64,000 nt of DNA from Acutalibacteraceae bacterium (GCA_045533455.1 JAZSHU010000052.1:298-64297); one strand, 5' to 3'. Shown: positions 27,098 to 36,815, numbered from the stretch's first letter. The notes: generated by a model not told the origin, from the letters alone. A program made the numbers and translations.

Positions 27098-27449
27098 TGT
27101 GTTTCCTCCTGTTCAGGTATTCTTGAAGTGCGGCGGTAATATCGTCTTTCCTTGCACTCCATGCCGCCTTGTCCCAATGGTCTGTGGCAAGGGAGTGCTT
27201 ATCTGTTTTGAAATGCATTTTGCCGCCGTCTTTGGTAATTCCGTAATAGGGTGCGGAAGAATAGGGAGCTTTGAAATGAATACCGTCAGCGGTTATATCC
27301 GCAGTGTCGTACATTGTCAGAGTATCCGCAGGAACATAAGGCTCCATAAGCCGATAAAATTCATTGTAAAAAAACAGCTTTGCACCGTCGTCAATGCAGT
27401 TTTCAAGTTTTTGGGCTATCGAACTGACATCGATTTTTACCTCAATCAT
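27090..27449 (-). CDS. Minor capsid/neck protein
   Basis: MEPYVPADT, APYS..YYG, DHWDKA. Confidence 0.65.
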   Translation of the reverse strand: MIEVKIDVSSIAQKLENCIDDGAKLFFYNEFYRLMEPYVPADTLTMYDTADITADGIHFKAPYSSAPYYGITKDGGKMHFKTDKHSLATDHWDKAAWSARKDDITAALQEYLNRRKHNG

Positions 27450-27450
27450 A

Positions 27451-27804
27451 TCAGTTACCTATCCTTATGTGCGGCATATAAAAGCCCGTATTGTCGCTTA
27501 CGGTATTGACCTTGAACGCATCATCGCCGTATATTTTCAGAATGTCGTTGCCGCTTGCGTTATCTTCAATAATATCCGGGATATCACCGAGAACGGCAAT
27601 ACTGCCCCGAGGTACGGCAAGAGCAGTGTTGCAGGGAATACGCACCACATAACTCTCGCCGTTGATACGGGATTTTTCGTCAAACTCGGAGGAGCGGATA
27701 TGCTTGAAAAAGCAGCGGGAAAACATAAGTTTTTCCCACCGTACCTTTTTGTCGATTTCCTTTCTCAGGAACAGAGTGACGGCTTTATTCCAGTGTCCGA
27801 GCAT
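27451..27804 (-). CDS. Head closure-like protein
   Basis: Position; ATG 27804 after GGGGTG. Confidence 0.6.
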   Translation of the reverse strand: MLGHWNKAVTLFLRKEIDKKVRWEKLMFSRCFFKHIRSSEFDEKSRINGESYVVRIPCNTALAVPRGSIAVLGDIPDIIEDNASGNDILKIYGDDAFKVNTVSDNTGFYMPHIRIGN

Positions 27805-27805
27805 T

Positions 27806-28135
27806 TCAGCACCCCCTGTAAGCAAGGTCGCCTGCATAAGTATATATAAGCTCCTCAACCTTTTTATCAAAGTCTGCTTTTGCGGCTTCGGGGGATACAT
27901 ACGAAACACTTACACCGTCGTTGCCGTAGCTTGAAACCGAACTGTCACGGCTGTCAAACTCATTGCATATACCGATGATTTCATAAACAAGGCGTTTTAT
28001 GTTTTCATCGGGAGAAACTATGCGTTCCATGGTTCGGCGGTCAATCAGCTTCCTTGCCTTGAATTCAAGACGGCTGAAATCGGATTCAGGGAGTTTGCCG
28101 CCGTATGAAACGTATTCACTGTATGTGAGATACAT
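27806..28135 (-). CDS. Head-tail adaptor
   Basis: MYLTYSEY..YGG, ARKLIDRRT, SYGNDGVSVSY, LAYRG. Confidence 0.8.
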   Translation of the reverse strand: MYLTYSEYVSYGGKLPESDFSRLEFKARKLIDRRTMERIVSPDENIKRLVYEIIGICNEFDSRDSSVSSYGNDGVSVSYVSPEAAKADFDKKVEELIYTYAGDLAYRGC

Positions 28136-28290
28136 CAGGCATCATCACCCGAGGGGAGCTCATATTCGGGATGTTCCTTTTCGATGTGCTTCAAAAAGTC
28201 GGATTCACGCCTGTACTCTTTGCCGCATACAGGGCAGACGAAAGGAGAAGCGGACTTTGAAGATTCGGGAATATAACCGACAGTTCTCAT
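28135..28290 (-). CDS. 51-aa C2H2 zinc-finger protein
   Basis: FVCPVCGKEYRRESDFLKHIEKEH; RBS AAGGAGG; stop overlaps the next ATG. Confidence 0.7.
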   Translation of the reverse strand: MRTVGYIPESSKSASPFVCPVCGKEYRRESDFLKHIEKEHPEYELPSGDDA

Positions 28291-28294
28291 TTTA

Positions 28295-29167
28295 TCAGAC
28301 CTCCTTGTGGTGAACATAGATGCCCGCACGCTTGTTCTCATAGCCCTTGGCAATACCTACGTTACGGTAGCCGTATTTCCATGCATCTGCATTCTGGTTC
28401 TGAGAGGGGTCGATAACCTTGGGCGCAACGTGCTTGGGATACTGAATAACAGCACCCTTGTGGATGATTTCAAAGTTGATATCTGCCGCACCTTCCGCCT
28501 TTACATAACCGCCGATTTTTTCTTCGTCGGTCTTACCGCTTTTAAGAGAAATTGCGGTGTAGAAACGTCTCTGAGGAACTTCAACAACCTTGGCAAACTT
28601 TTTAAGAACTTCCTTGCTCTTTGTAGTGTCAAGGTCGTCAACAAGGCCTTTGAGTGTGGGTGTGATATAGAGATATCTTTCTTCTGCGGGAACTTCGTCC
28701 TCGTCCATTTTGGTTGAAGCGGCTCTGAGAGCGGCAATAACGGCATTGCCGTCGGTAAGGGTGCCCGATGTAATGGAAACATCTTCGAGAGAAGCGTATG
28801 CGGCAAAACGGAAGGCATCGATTTCGGGTGCAACCTTTGTTCTGATGAATTCGCTTGCAAGCTTGCCGTAAGCAATGTTTGCGGATTCCTGATTGTCCAT
28901 ATTGTCAACCTGGAACATACGGCCTCTGTCGTAATTACACTTGACGGTTTCCCAACGGAGAGAAACATCACCGTTTACATAACCGCTGTTGCGGTCGTAA
29001 TCGCCCAGACCGCTCATGTCAATCATGGGGATACACATTTCGTCGGCGTTTGCACCTGCTTTGACAAGCTCGGGTGAACCGTCAAGGTCGGCGGTAAGTG
29101 AAGCAAGTCTGTATACCTCATCAAGAATGGGAACAAACTGCTTTGCAAGAATAATGTTGTTAGGCAT
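28295..29167 (-). CDS. Major capsid protein
   Basis: GLGDYDRNSGY, DRGRMFQVDNMDNQE, VAPEIDAFRF; follows the scaffold gene. Confidence 0.9.
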   Translation of the reverse strand: MPNNIILAKQFVPILDEVYRLASLTADLDGSPELVKAGANADEMCIPMIDMSGLGDYDRNSGYVNGDVSLRWETVKCNYDRGRMFQVDNMDNQESANIAYGKLASEFIRTKVAPEIDAFRFAAYASLEDVSITSGTLTDGNAVIAALRAASTKMDEDEVPAEERYLYITPTLKGLVDDLDTTKSKEVLKKFAKVVEVPQRRFYTAISLKSGKTDEEKIGGYVKAEGAADINFEIIHKGAVIQYPKHVAPKVIDPSQNQNADAWKYGYRNVGIAKGYENKRAGIYVHHKEV

Positions 29168-29192
29168 AGTTTAATTTTCCTTTCTGTTTTTG

Positions 29193-29759
29193 TTAAATAG
29201 GTTTAAGTCCTGCGGCTGCTCTGACGGCATTATATGCCGCCTTATCAACCGATTCGGAATCTCCGAAACCGGGAATATCAACCTGAGGATTGGGATTTGT
29301 GAAAATGCCGTCACGGTCTTTTGTAAGTGCAGTAAAGATTTCGGCATCGGATTTACCCTCGTTTTCGGGCTTGCCGAGAGCTTCTCTGAACTCTGCAAAA
29401 ACACCGTTCTTTGTGAAATCGTTGGTGTATTTGCGTTCTCCGTGAAGCTTTTCAAAGCGAGCTGTAAGAGCAGCTGTGTCCGCCGCTCCCTTTTCTGCTT
29501 TTTCACGGTTTTCCTTTTCCTGCTTGTAGGTGTCAATCTGAGCCTGAAGCGCAGATACATCACCTTTGTTTTTCTCCAGATCGGAGATTGTTGTGTTTGC
29601 GGTGTCAAGCTGTGTTTTGTAATCGTCACGGGCTTTTACCACTTTTTCGTGTTCTGATACCGTTTTGTAGTTTTCACGCACTGCGGTATCAAAAGCAGCT
29701 TTCTTGTCCTCGGGAACGGTGATACCGATTTCGCCGAGAATGGTGTAAATGTCTTTCAT
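29193..29759 (-). CDS. Capsid scaffolding protein
   Basis: Coiled coil immediately upstream of the major capsid gene. Confidence 0.75.
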   Translation of the reverse strand: MKDIYTILGEIGITVPEDKKAAFDTAVRENYKTVSEHEKVVKARDDYKTQLDTANTTISDLEKNKGDVSALQAQIDTYKQEKENREKAEKGAADTAALTARFEKLHGERKYTNDFTKNGVFAEFREALGKPENEGKSDAEIFTALTKDRDGIFTNPNPQVDIPGFGDSESVDKAAYNAVRAAAGLKPI

Positions 29760-29937
29760 GCTGTTTCCTTTCTACATGATTTTTATACAGCTCTGTCTGC
29801 TGTTGAAAGTAAGCCGTATATACCCACGGCAGGGGTGATTTTGGGTATAAAAAAAGCCGACCTCAACGCATAACGTCAAAATCGGCTTTGATTATTGAAT
29901 TGTGGGTATGAAAAAACCACCCTCACACAGCAGGTAG

Positions 29938-30120
29938 TTAATCGATAATGATTATTGATTTTATTTCGTTTTCATAAAATTCTATTTCACCAATAGATAT
30001 GCTTGCTATTTCGGGTGTGTTATCTTGTGCAGGAATAAAATCGCAGGCTATACCCGAAAATTCATTTCCGTCAAATGTCGTTATTTTTACCTTTTTGCCT
30101 GAATATTCATATAACTTCAC
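29938..30120 (-). CDS. Putative immunity protein for the MuF toxin
   Basis: 60 aa, start overlaps the MuF stop, followed by a terminator; GKKVKITTFDG..FSG (Sm-like beta pattern). Confidence 0.6.
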   Translation of the reverse strand: MKLYEYSGKKVKITTFDGNEFSGIACDFIPAQDNTPEIASISIGEIEFYENEIKSIIIID

Positions 30121-31652
30121 TTCTTATCCTCTCTTTTCATAGGTACAACGTGTGTACCTTTTTTGCCATAGTGAATCGCAAATCGATTTGTTGGTTTGGC
30201 TTCTCCAGTTTCAGGGTCAAAAACAATACCGATATCAGTGTCGGCGGTGACAAGCTCTTTGTTAGTCCATTTACCTCTTGATGTGAATTTAAGTTTGCCT
30301 TTTCCGTGGTATTTGTCAACCAGTTTTTGAGCCGTTTCCAAATCTCCGTACAAAATACTTTTCTTATCGTCGGGTTTAAAAGAATGAGAGCTTTGAATGT
30401 GCTTGTTTTGGTTGCCTGCATTCAAAGACAACGGCAATTCGCCTGATTCAATTCTTTCGTATGCTGAAAACTTTTCTCTTTTTATTATAGCAGATAATGA
30501 GTCAAAATCAACACTTTTACCCGATTTTGTAACGCTCATCCTGTCGTAATGAACATCAAGTCCTGCCTTTTGAGATATCTCATTATACTTATCTTTCAGC
30601 AGTCTTATTTTGCGGTTACATTCACGGACACCCACATCATCGCCCGCCGCTTTCAGGATCTCTTTGCGGTCTTTCTGCTTGCGGATTTTGGTTTCAATCT
30701 GCCTTTGCAGTTGAGTGCACTGATACCGTGTGTATTTTTTGCCGTCAATGTCGATAAGCTCATTACTCTTGTGCTTCATTTCCTGCAATTGTTCTTCTGA
30801 GTATGTCGGACGGGAAATGCCGAGAATGATTGCTGTTTTTGTATGATAACAGTTAAGGGTGCCGATAGGTCTTTCAAGACTTTCGTTCAGCTCGTTGAAT
30901 TCTTCAAAAGAATACTGTCTGCCCTGGATATCTGCGTGGTCGGGTGCAGGGTTCATATGTGCTGATATTTCATAACCGTTTGCACCGAATTCCTGTCCGA
31001 TAAGTGTCTGAGTTTCGTTTTTTACCTGTCTCAGACCGTCCATGATGTTGCGGCGTACCGCTGTGTCAATGCGCTGACTGTATCCGCTTTCCCAATCAAC
31101 TACACGAACACCGCTGTCGGCATACTGTTTGAGAACACGGCGCATTTCGGTTTTGTAATCCGATACACCCGTTTTCACTGCGGTTATCGCTTTGTCGATA
31201 CATTCCTTGTAGCCTGCGGCAAGTGATGTGTAACGAACTCTGCCGTCACGGTCACGCAAAGCAAATGCGTAAGAATGGCTGAGGTTATAGCAATTATCCT
31301 GTGCCGCCTTTGTCATAGCTTTTACGGTGCGCTGCAAAGCTTCATTTTCCCGGTAAGGAATCTGCGGATTATCCGCCGTATAAAACTGTTCGGCAAATTC
31401 GTAATCGTAACGTGCGGCATCGGCATACAGCTTTTCGATATCGCTTTCCGTCATACCCGAAGCCTTTGAAAGCTCACGGGTAATTTCGGCAACGCTCTCA
31501 CCCGTCATTCTTACGGCGATAAGCTGAGCGTCTTTGTAGTTGTTCAGACTGCCTATCCGGGCAATATCTTCACCCATACGCCTCAGAGCGTTTTTGTTTG
31601 CAGTGTCCATCCTTCGGGCGATTGCCAGAGGGATTCCAAAGAAGTCAATCAT
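30117..31652 (-). CDS. MuF-family minor capsid protein with C-terminal Ntox50-like RNase toxin
   Basis: IDTAVRRNIMDG, HMNPAPDHADIQGRQYS, LNCYH, QLQRQIETKIRKQK; C-terminal QNKHI...KYHGKG...KE...IG...IHYGKKGTHVVP. Confidence 0.85.
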   Translation of the reverse strand: MIDFFGIPLAIARRMDTANKNALRRMGEDIARIGSLNNYKDAQLIAVRMTGESVAEITRELSKASGMTESDIEKLYADAARYDYEFAEQFYTADNPQIPYRENEALQRTVKAMTKAAQDNCYNLSHSYAFALRDRDGRVRYTSLAAGYKECIDKAITAVKTGVSDYKTEMRRVLKQYADSGVRVVDWESGYSQRIDTAVRRNIMDGLRQVKNETQTLIGQEFGANGYEISAHMNPAPDHADIQGRQYSFEEFNELNESLERPIGTLNCYHTKTAIILGISRPTYSEEQLQEMKHKSNELIDIDGKKYTRYQCTQLQRQIETKIRKQKDRKEILKAAGDDVGVRECNRKIRLLKDKYNEISQKAGLDVHYDRMSVTKSGKSVDFDSLSAIIKREKFSAYERIESGELPLSLNAGNQNKHIQSSHSFKPDDKKSILYGDLETAQKLVDKYHGKGKLKFTSRGKWTNKELVTADTDIGIVFDPETGEAKPTNRFAIHYGKKGTHVVPMKREDKK

Positions 31653-33025
31653 TATTCTTCCTCAATAAGGGATTGAACCGTTTGTCTGCCTGCCTTTATT
31701 CTGTCGACAGCCGCCTGTGCCTGTTCCCTTGTTTCTTCGGGATGATTGAAAAGACGGATATCAACCGCATCCTCTGCACCGATACTTTCAGCCTGCATGA
31801 GCTGAGAGAAGGTCTGCGTGCTGTCTTCAAGCAAAGCATAGGAATAACTGAATTTTACGTCATACTCGCTGTAAGGTGCCATTCCGTAATAATTGATGAG
31901 TACGGAGCAGGCATACATCAGACTGTTGAAATATGATACAACATTCTTGTGAATGTTATCGCAGAAGCAGAATGTGTTATACATTGCGCGGCGGATTTCC
32001 GTGGCGGTAGCGGAAGATGTTGAAAGCTTTGTCAGCACGCCTTCCGACAAACCGCATTCCTTTTCAAGCATTGCAAAGTGTTTTTCAAGCTTGTTATAAT
32101 ATGAGGTGTCACGGAAAGCAGGGTCGAAAATATCCACGCCCAGACGGTCGCTGTTGTTGAATGCAACATACAGGTCGTTGTTCTCAAATTCCTTACGGGT
32201 TTTTACATCATCATTTCCGCCGTCTTTTTTCTTGTGAAGCCTGATGAGCGAACGGTCCGCAAAAACTTTGGCTTTCTTCTTTTCGTATTCTCTTTCAATA
32301 TCAACAAGGGTTTTGGCAATTTTTTCAAGAGTGGTATTACAGCCGTAGGTTATGGGTACGCCTGCCGAGGATTTGGGAACACGGGGATTGCGGGGGCAAT
32401 TAAGAATTGCCACGGGCAGATGCGTTACACCGCCGATTCTGATTTCTTCGGGAATGTTTTCCCATTCTTCGATTGCCGACAGCATAACGGGAACATCGTC
32501 GCAAACAGCTTTGTTGCGGATAATGTAAATGCCGTTTTCAATGCTGTAATCCGTGAAGCGTTTATAACGTTTTTTATCACGGACAATATCATCCGCAAGA
32601 ACAATGCACTGTGTTATTTCGTCACCCTGCATTGCCGTTACCCAGAAACGGTCTTTCATAACGGTGTCAACATAAATTTTCCTGCCCAGTCCGTTATCCA
32701 CGGAATAGGGAATTGATATTACCGCACCGCAGCCGAGAGCACAGGCAACAGTCTGTGCGATGTTCTGCCACTCTTTCTGAGCAATATCCGAAAGAATATC
32801 GCTGAACCGTGAAGCGGTTCCGTCGGATCCCGATACGGTTACCTGAGCATCGCCCATGGCTATGTTTGCCACACTTCCCGAAAGCAGTGCAATTATGTTT
32901 TCTTTGCTTGTATCGGTGAAGCTGCTGCTGTCCGTACCGTCAAAATCGGATTTGAATACACCGAGTATTTTTTTACCAAAGAGCTTCCAGAGGAACTCTT
33001 TTATCGTTTCGTTAATGTTTACCAC
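31652..33025 (-). CDS. Portal protein
   Basis: 457 aa between terminase and MuF; ATATEIR motif. Confidence 0.85.
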   Translation of the reverse strand: MVNINETIKEFLWKLFGKKILGVFKSDFDGTDSSSFTDTSKENIIALLSGSVANIAMGDAQVTVSGSDGTASRFSDILSDIAQKEWQNIAQTVACALGCGAVISIPYSVDNGLGRKIYVDTVMKDRFWVTAMQGDEITQCIVLADDIVRDKKRYKRFTDYSIENGIYIIRNKAVCDDVPVMLSAIEEWENIPEEIRIGGVTHLPVAILNCPRNPRVPKSSAGVPITYGCNTTLEKIAKTLVDIEREYEKKKAKVFADRSLIRLHKKKDGGNDDVKTRKEFENNDLYVAFNNSDRLGVDIFDPAFRDTSYYNKLEKHFAMLEKECGLSEGVLTKLSTSSATATEIRRAMYNTFCFCDNIHKNVVSYFNSLMYACSVLINYYGMAPYSEYDVKFSYSYALLEDSTQTFSQLMQAESIGAEDAVDIRLFNHPEETREQAQAAVDRIKAGRQTVQSLIEEE

Positions 33026-34215
33026 TCCAATACTTCGAGAATTGTTTTACAGAAATATCTTGTATCGTCCATTGCATGGTCGTTCTGTTTGTTGGGTTTA
33101 TCCTTTTCCGTTGATTTTTCATCCCAGGAATAGGCTTTGAATTCTTTTATTGCGTTTTTACAGCGGGTCGCAATTCTGAGGTTGCCGTTTTTCAGAAGTT
33201 TGCCCGTCAGGCGTATACCGTCCAGAACCTCGTTGTCCGCCCCTCTTACATCAAATCTGCCGTGCTTTCGGATTTCGGCAATAAACGAAGCTGCCGAGGG
33301 GTCAACAATGACACATTCAATATCCAGGTCACCTGCAAGCTCTTCAAGATGCTCGTAATATTCGCTGTCTGTCAGCTGCTTGCCTTTTTTTCTGCCGTCG
33401 TAGTAGAATTCTCTGATACGGGTTGCGATTTCTTTTTCATAATCCACAGCCCAGAGACCCATACTGCAAGGGTTGAGAGTACCGTAGTCAACGGAGATAT
33501 AATATTCATCACCCTTGACATCACCGCCGCAGCATTTCTTTTCGTTAAAAAAAGGATAAATCAATCCGCTTGCAACTACCCACAGACCGAGAATGAAACG
33601 GTCATAGAAAACACCGGTGTATTCTTTTTTCAGCGATTCTATGTATTCGGGGTCAAGGAAGGTATTATCCTCAATAAGAAAAAGCAGGACAAGCATATCA
33701 AGCTCGTTCTGCCTTTCAATATATTTTTCATTTACCCAATGAAAAGGTGTGTCGGGGTTTGTTGTTGCAAAAAGCTTTGCCCCGTGCTCGCTCAGTCGGG
33801 AAAGCAGCATTGTGAAAAAATCTTCGGTAAACAGGGTCAGCTCGTCACAGTATGCACCTTGTAAGGTCATACCTCGGATTTTGCTTTCACTGCGTACGTC
33901 GTTGACACCTTCAAGATATATTTTTCTGCCGAAGAGCCGCCCTTCCTTTGCCGAAAAACTGTAAAAGAAGTTTTCTTCACCCACAAGGGATTGAAGAAGG
34001 TCAAGGCAGTTTCGTTTGAGAGAGGTAAGGGTTTTGCCCACCATCAGATAAGATTTATCCTCAGGCATAATCGCAACCCAGAGAGCCCATAACACAAGGC
34101 TTATCCATGTTTTCCCCGAACGGACAGAACCGTGCAGTATATTGATTCTGCGGAGCTTATTAAGCTTGAACAGCCTTATTAACTCCGCTTGCTTCGGTGT
34201 GAATATATCAGACAT
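33019..34215 (-). CDS. Terminase large subunit (PBSX-like)
   Basis: HGSVRSGKT, YCDE, TTNP, SVDYGTLNP, DPSAASF, NDHAMDDTRY. Confidence 0.95.
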   Translation of the reverse strand: MSDIFTPKQAELIRLFKLNKLRRINILHGSVRSGKTWISLVLWALWVAIMPEDKSYLMVGKTLTSLKRNCLDLLQSLVGEENFFYSFSAKEGRLFGRKIYLEGVNDVRSESKIRGMTLQGAYCDELTLFTEDFFTMLLSRLSEHGAKLFATTNPDTPFHWVNEKYIERQNELDMLVLLFLIEDNTFLDPEYIESLKKEYTGVFYDRFILGLWVVASGLIYPFFNEKKCCGGDVKGDEYYISVDYGTLNPCSMGLWAVDYEKEIATRIREFYYDGRKKGKQLTDSEYYEHLEELAGDLDIECVIVDPSAASFIAEIRKHGRFDVRGADNEVLDGIRLTGKLLKNGNLRIATRCKNAIKEFKAYSWDEKSTEKDKPNKQNDHAMDDTRYFCKTILEVLEW

Positions 34216-34573
34216 TCTTCACCGCCTCCACAATTTTATCAAGAATACCGCCGCCTGAGGTGCTTTTCTTTGCCATATCACGCCGTTCAAAATATAATTT
34301 TATAGCCTTGATATTGCCTCTGTTACATTGCTCTATGAGTGACTTCCACACATTCGCAAGTTCACTGTCGGCATATTTGTCAATAAGGCTTGACATATAT
34401 TCCTGAAAAGCAGGATTATCGAGCCAGTTATAGTATGTACGCCTCGGCACACCCATCTGTTCGCAAAGTTCGGTTATGGTGCCGTCAAACTCAGGGTTTA
34501 TCAGGGCTTCCGCCATTCGTCTTTGTTTTGGTGTCAGAGCTTTGTTCTTTTCTTTTGTGCCGTTCTGAGCCAA
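34208..34573 (-). CDS. Terminase small subunit (HTH)
   Basis: LTPKQRR..TELCEQMGVPRRTYYNWL..GNIKAIKLYFE; upstream of the large subunit. Confidence 0.8.
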   Translation of the reverse strand: MAQNGTKEKNKALTPKQRRMAEALINPEFDGTITELCEQMGVPRRTYYNWLDNPAFQEYMSSLIDKYADSELANVWKSLIEQCNRGNIKAIKLYFERRDMAKKSTSGGGILDKIVEAVKNV

Positions 34574-34649
34574 GCAGCACCACCTCTCTTTTGATTTGTA
34601 AATTATCCCGCCCCTATTCCTGCCTGCTCGCTATGGCAGGCTCATCTAT

Positions 34650-34724
34650 TGGCAAAGGCGGCAGGATTCGGACCTGCGAATAACAGAGTCAAAGTCTGTT
34701 GCCTTACCGCTTGGCTACGCCTTC
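34650..34724 (-). tRNA. Phage tRNA-Gln(TTG), atypical
   Basis: GAAGGCG TA GCC AAGCGGTAA GGC A ACAGA CTTTGAC TCTGT TATTC GCAGG TCCGAAT CCTGC CGCCTTT G CCA. Confidence 0.85.
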
Positions 34725-34830
34725 ATATAAAAACAGCAAAGCCCCCGAAGTGCAGAGCTTCAAGGGCTTTGGGCTGTATATCCTAAAGGAGGAGATTGAA
34801 AGAAGGGAATTACAATGATTCTATGATATC

Positions 34831-34875
34831 ATTGTAGCACAGTAATAGTGTGCTGTAAATGACACGTTTGTGACA
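34831..34875 (-). promoter_or_regulatory. Putative late promoter with activator direct repeats
   Basis: TGTCAC-N5-TGTCAT directly after the activator gene; -10 TACAAT at 34831-34836. Confidence 0.5.
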
Positions 34876-35421
34876 TCACAAGTTATGCAGGCTTTCAACC
34901 CCGAATATAAGTGCCGAGAGCATTTCTGTTGCCGCATTAATATCTCTGTAAACGGTTCTTTTGTCAATGTTTTCCTTTTCGGCTATTTCGTCAGGAGTAG
35001 GCGGATTGTCGTCAACATAGAGAGCTTTGAGCACTCTGCAACGGCGTTCATTTTCGGGTTTACCTGACTTCTGACACCATATCTCATATGTTTCAACCAT
35101 CGCTGTTATATGGTTTACCATTATCGCCGTTCTGGCGGCGGAATTCTTGATTGATTTAACTGTTGTTTCAGCCTTTGAAAAATCGTTGTCCGACATCATT
35201 GCCAGAATGTCAAAAACGCTGTCCTCGCACTCTGCGGCTGAATATACTGATTTCTCGGCGTGCGCCTTGAACATTCTGTAATTGCGGATAAGCAGCTTTG
35301 TGTTGTGCAGACGCTTGTCTTTGCTTTCCGAAACGAACTTCTTTTTCAGTGCCTCGAATCGCTTGTCTGCCGCTTTTACGCCCTCCGCAACGGCAAGTTC
35401 AATGACTTCTTTTTCGTTCAT
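34876..35421 (-). CDS. Late-gene transcriptional activator (ArpU/RinA-like position, sigma-r4-like HTH)
   Basis: RLHNTKLLIRNYR; EIAEKENIDKRTVYRDI..LSALIFG; last early gene. Confidence 0.7.
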   Translation of the reverse strand: MNEKEVIELAVAEGVKAADKRFEALKKKFVSESKDKRLHNTKLLIRNYRMFKAHAEKSVYSAAECEDSVFDILAMMSDNDFSKAETTVKSIKNSAARTAIMVNHITAMVETYEIWCQKSGKPENERRCRVLKALYVDDNPPTPDEIAEKENIDKRTVYRDINAATEMLSALIFGVESLHNL

Positions 35422-35500
35422 ATGTTGCTCCTTTCTTCATTTTTATGACATATTTCTCGTTTTTTGTCATTTATATATAAACGACAAAGCGAGTGATTTT

Positions 35501-35728
35501 ATGAAAATTAGTGTTGTTGATGCGGTTTCATACAGAAAACCGCTTGCAGTTACCGAAATGCTCTTATTACCCAACAAAGAGGCATTTGCCGTTTGCCCTC
35601 GGTGTAATCTGACACTTGAGAGAGAATATCAATCATATTGTGACCGCTGTGGGCAATGCCTTGATTGGGATGATTTTGATAATGCGGAAATAGTGGTGTT
35701 TGAGTATCAGACCGAAAAATCTTTATAG
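35501..35728 (+). CDS. Counter-oriented 75-aa zinc-ribbon protein
   Basis: VCPRC...YCDRCGQCLDW; AT-rich upstream gap. Confidence 0.65.
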   Translation: MKISVVDAVSYRKPLAVTEMLLLPNKEAFAVCPRCNLTLEREYQSYCDRCGQCLDWDDFDNAEIVVFEYQTEKSL

Positions 35729-36549
35729 CTTGTGCCTTTTTCCATATGGGCTCTTGTTGCGGCGGGTCGTTGCCACATTCTTGCCCAAGCGTTCCAATCG
35801 GCATCGTACTCGGTTTTCTTATCCGAAAAATCTCTGTAAAGCTGAACGAACGGCATTGCACCTGCTTCATATACAGCTTGTGCTCTTGCCTCGTCTTTGT
35901 CACGGTCTTTACCGTAAGAAAGAACATAACATTTGATTTTCTCACGGCTAAACCCTGCCCTTGAAAGCTTTTCACAAGCCTTTTTGAATTCAGGCAACCT
36001 TGCATCGGTATCGCAAGCAAGCCACAACTCGGATATTCTGAGGTTTGATATACCGTTGATAAAATGGTCGTCTATCAAGTCAGCTTCAAGACCGCCCTTA
36101 AAACAAATTTGTTTTTGATGTTTGAGCATTTCAAACACTTTATCTTTGTGCTGTCGGCTCGCCTGAAGGAAATTATTGTCTTGAATTATGTTGCCTTCAC
36201 AAATCGGAAGCTCTTTCAGTTTACCTTCAAGCTTCGGAACACAGCACCATGGGCAGTTGTTGTTACAGCCTCTGGTGGTGAAAATGATATTTTTCTTGAC
36301 ATACATACCCTGTTTAAAATCCTCGGCATCACTTCCAAACGCAGGACCGCCAAGTTTCACAGGCTTATTTGTTCTGCCCTCCCATTGAAAGGCAAGCTCT
36401 TCACAGTAGGCCTTGTCCCAAGTGAATGCGCAGGAAATGTGTATCTCTTTATGCTCGGGAATAAGCAGAGGCGGCATACCAACGAAAACCATATAATCAT
36501 CGGGAGTGTATGAAGTCTTGCGAGGAAATACACGGATTATACTATTCAT
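35707..36549 (-). CDS. Radical SAM protein
   Basis: TTRGCNNNCPWC (CxxxCxxC), DNNF, ISCAFTW and LGGPAF N-terminal motifs. Confidence 0.8.
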   Translation of the reverse strand: MNSIIRVFPRKTSYTPDDYMVFVGMPPLLIPEHKEIHISCAFTWDKAYCEELAFQWEGRTNKPVKLGGPAFGSDAEDFKQGMYVKKNIIFTTRGCNNNCPWCCVPKLEGKLKELPICEGNIIQDNNFLQASRQHKDKVFEMLKHQKQICFKGGLEADLIDDHFINGISNLRISELWLACDTDARLPEFKKACEKLSRAGFSREKIKCYVLSYGKDRDKDEARAQAVYEAGAMPFVQLYRDFSDKKTEYDADWNAWARMWQRPAATRAHMEKGTSYKDFSV

Positions 36550-36815
36550 AATGTCTCCTTATCCCAATTATCAAGTTCTACATCGAAACCGAATTTCTGC
36601 AACACTTCGGTAGAGTATTTATGCTTGATTCCGTAGAATGTGTGGGTGCTCAGATAAAAGTGATGCTCACAATAATTTTCTTTGGTTTCTTCGGTTTCAA
36701 CTTTCGGAACAATCCAACCGCATCCCATATCAACATCAATTTCAAGCTTATATTTTTTGGATTCAAGACCGGCTAATTCTTCCCAATTTGTTATGAGTTT
36801 AGGCATTGTTGACAC
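36546..36815 (-). CDS. Phage hypothetical protein
   Basis: RBS AAAGGAG, coupled to the next gene. Confidence 0.6.
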   Translation of the reverse strand: MSTMPKLITNWEELAGLESKKYKLEIDVDMGCGWIVPKVETEETKENYCEHHFYLSTHTFYGIKHKYSTEVLQKFGFDVELDNWDKETL

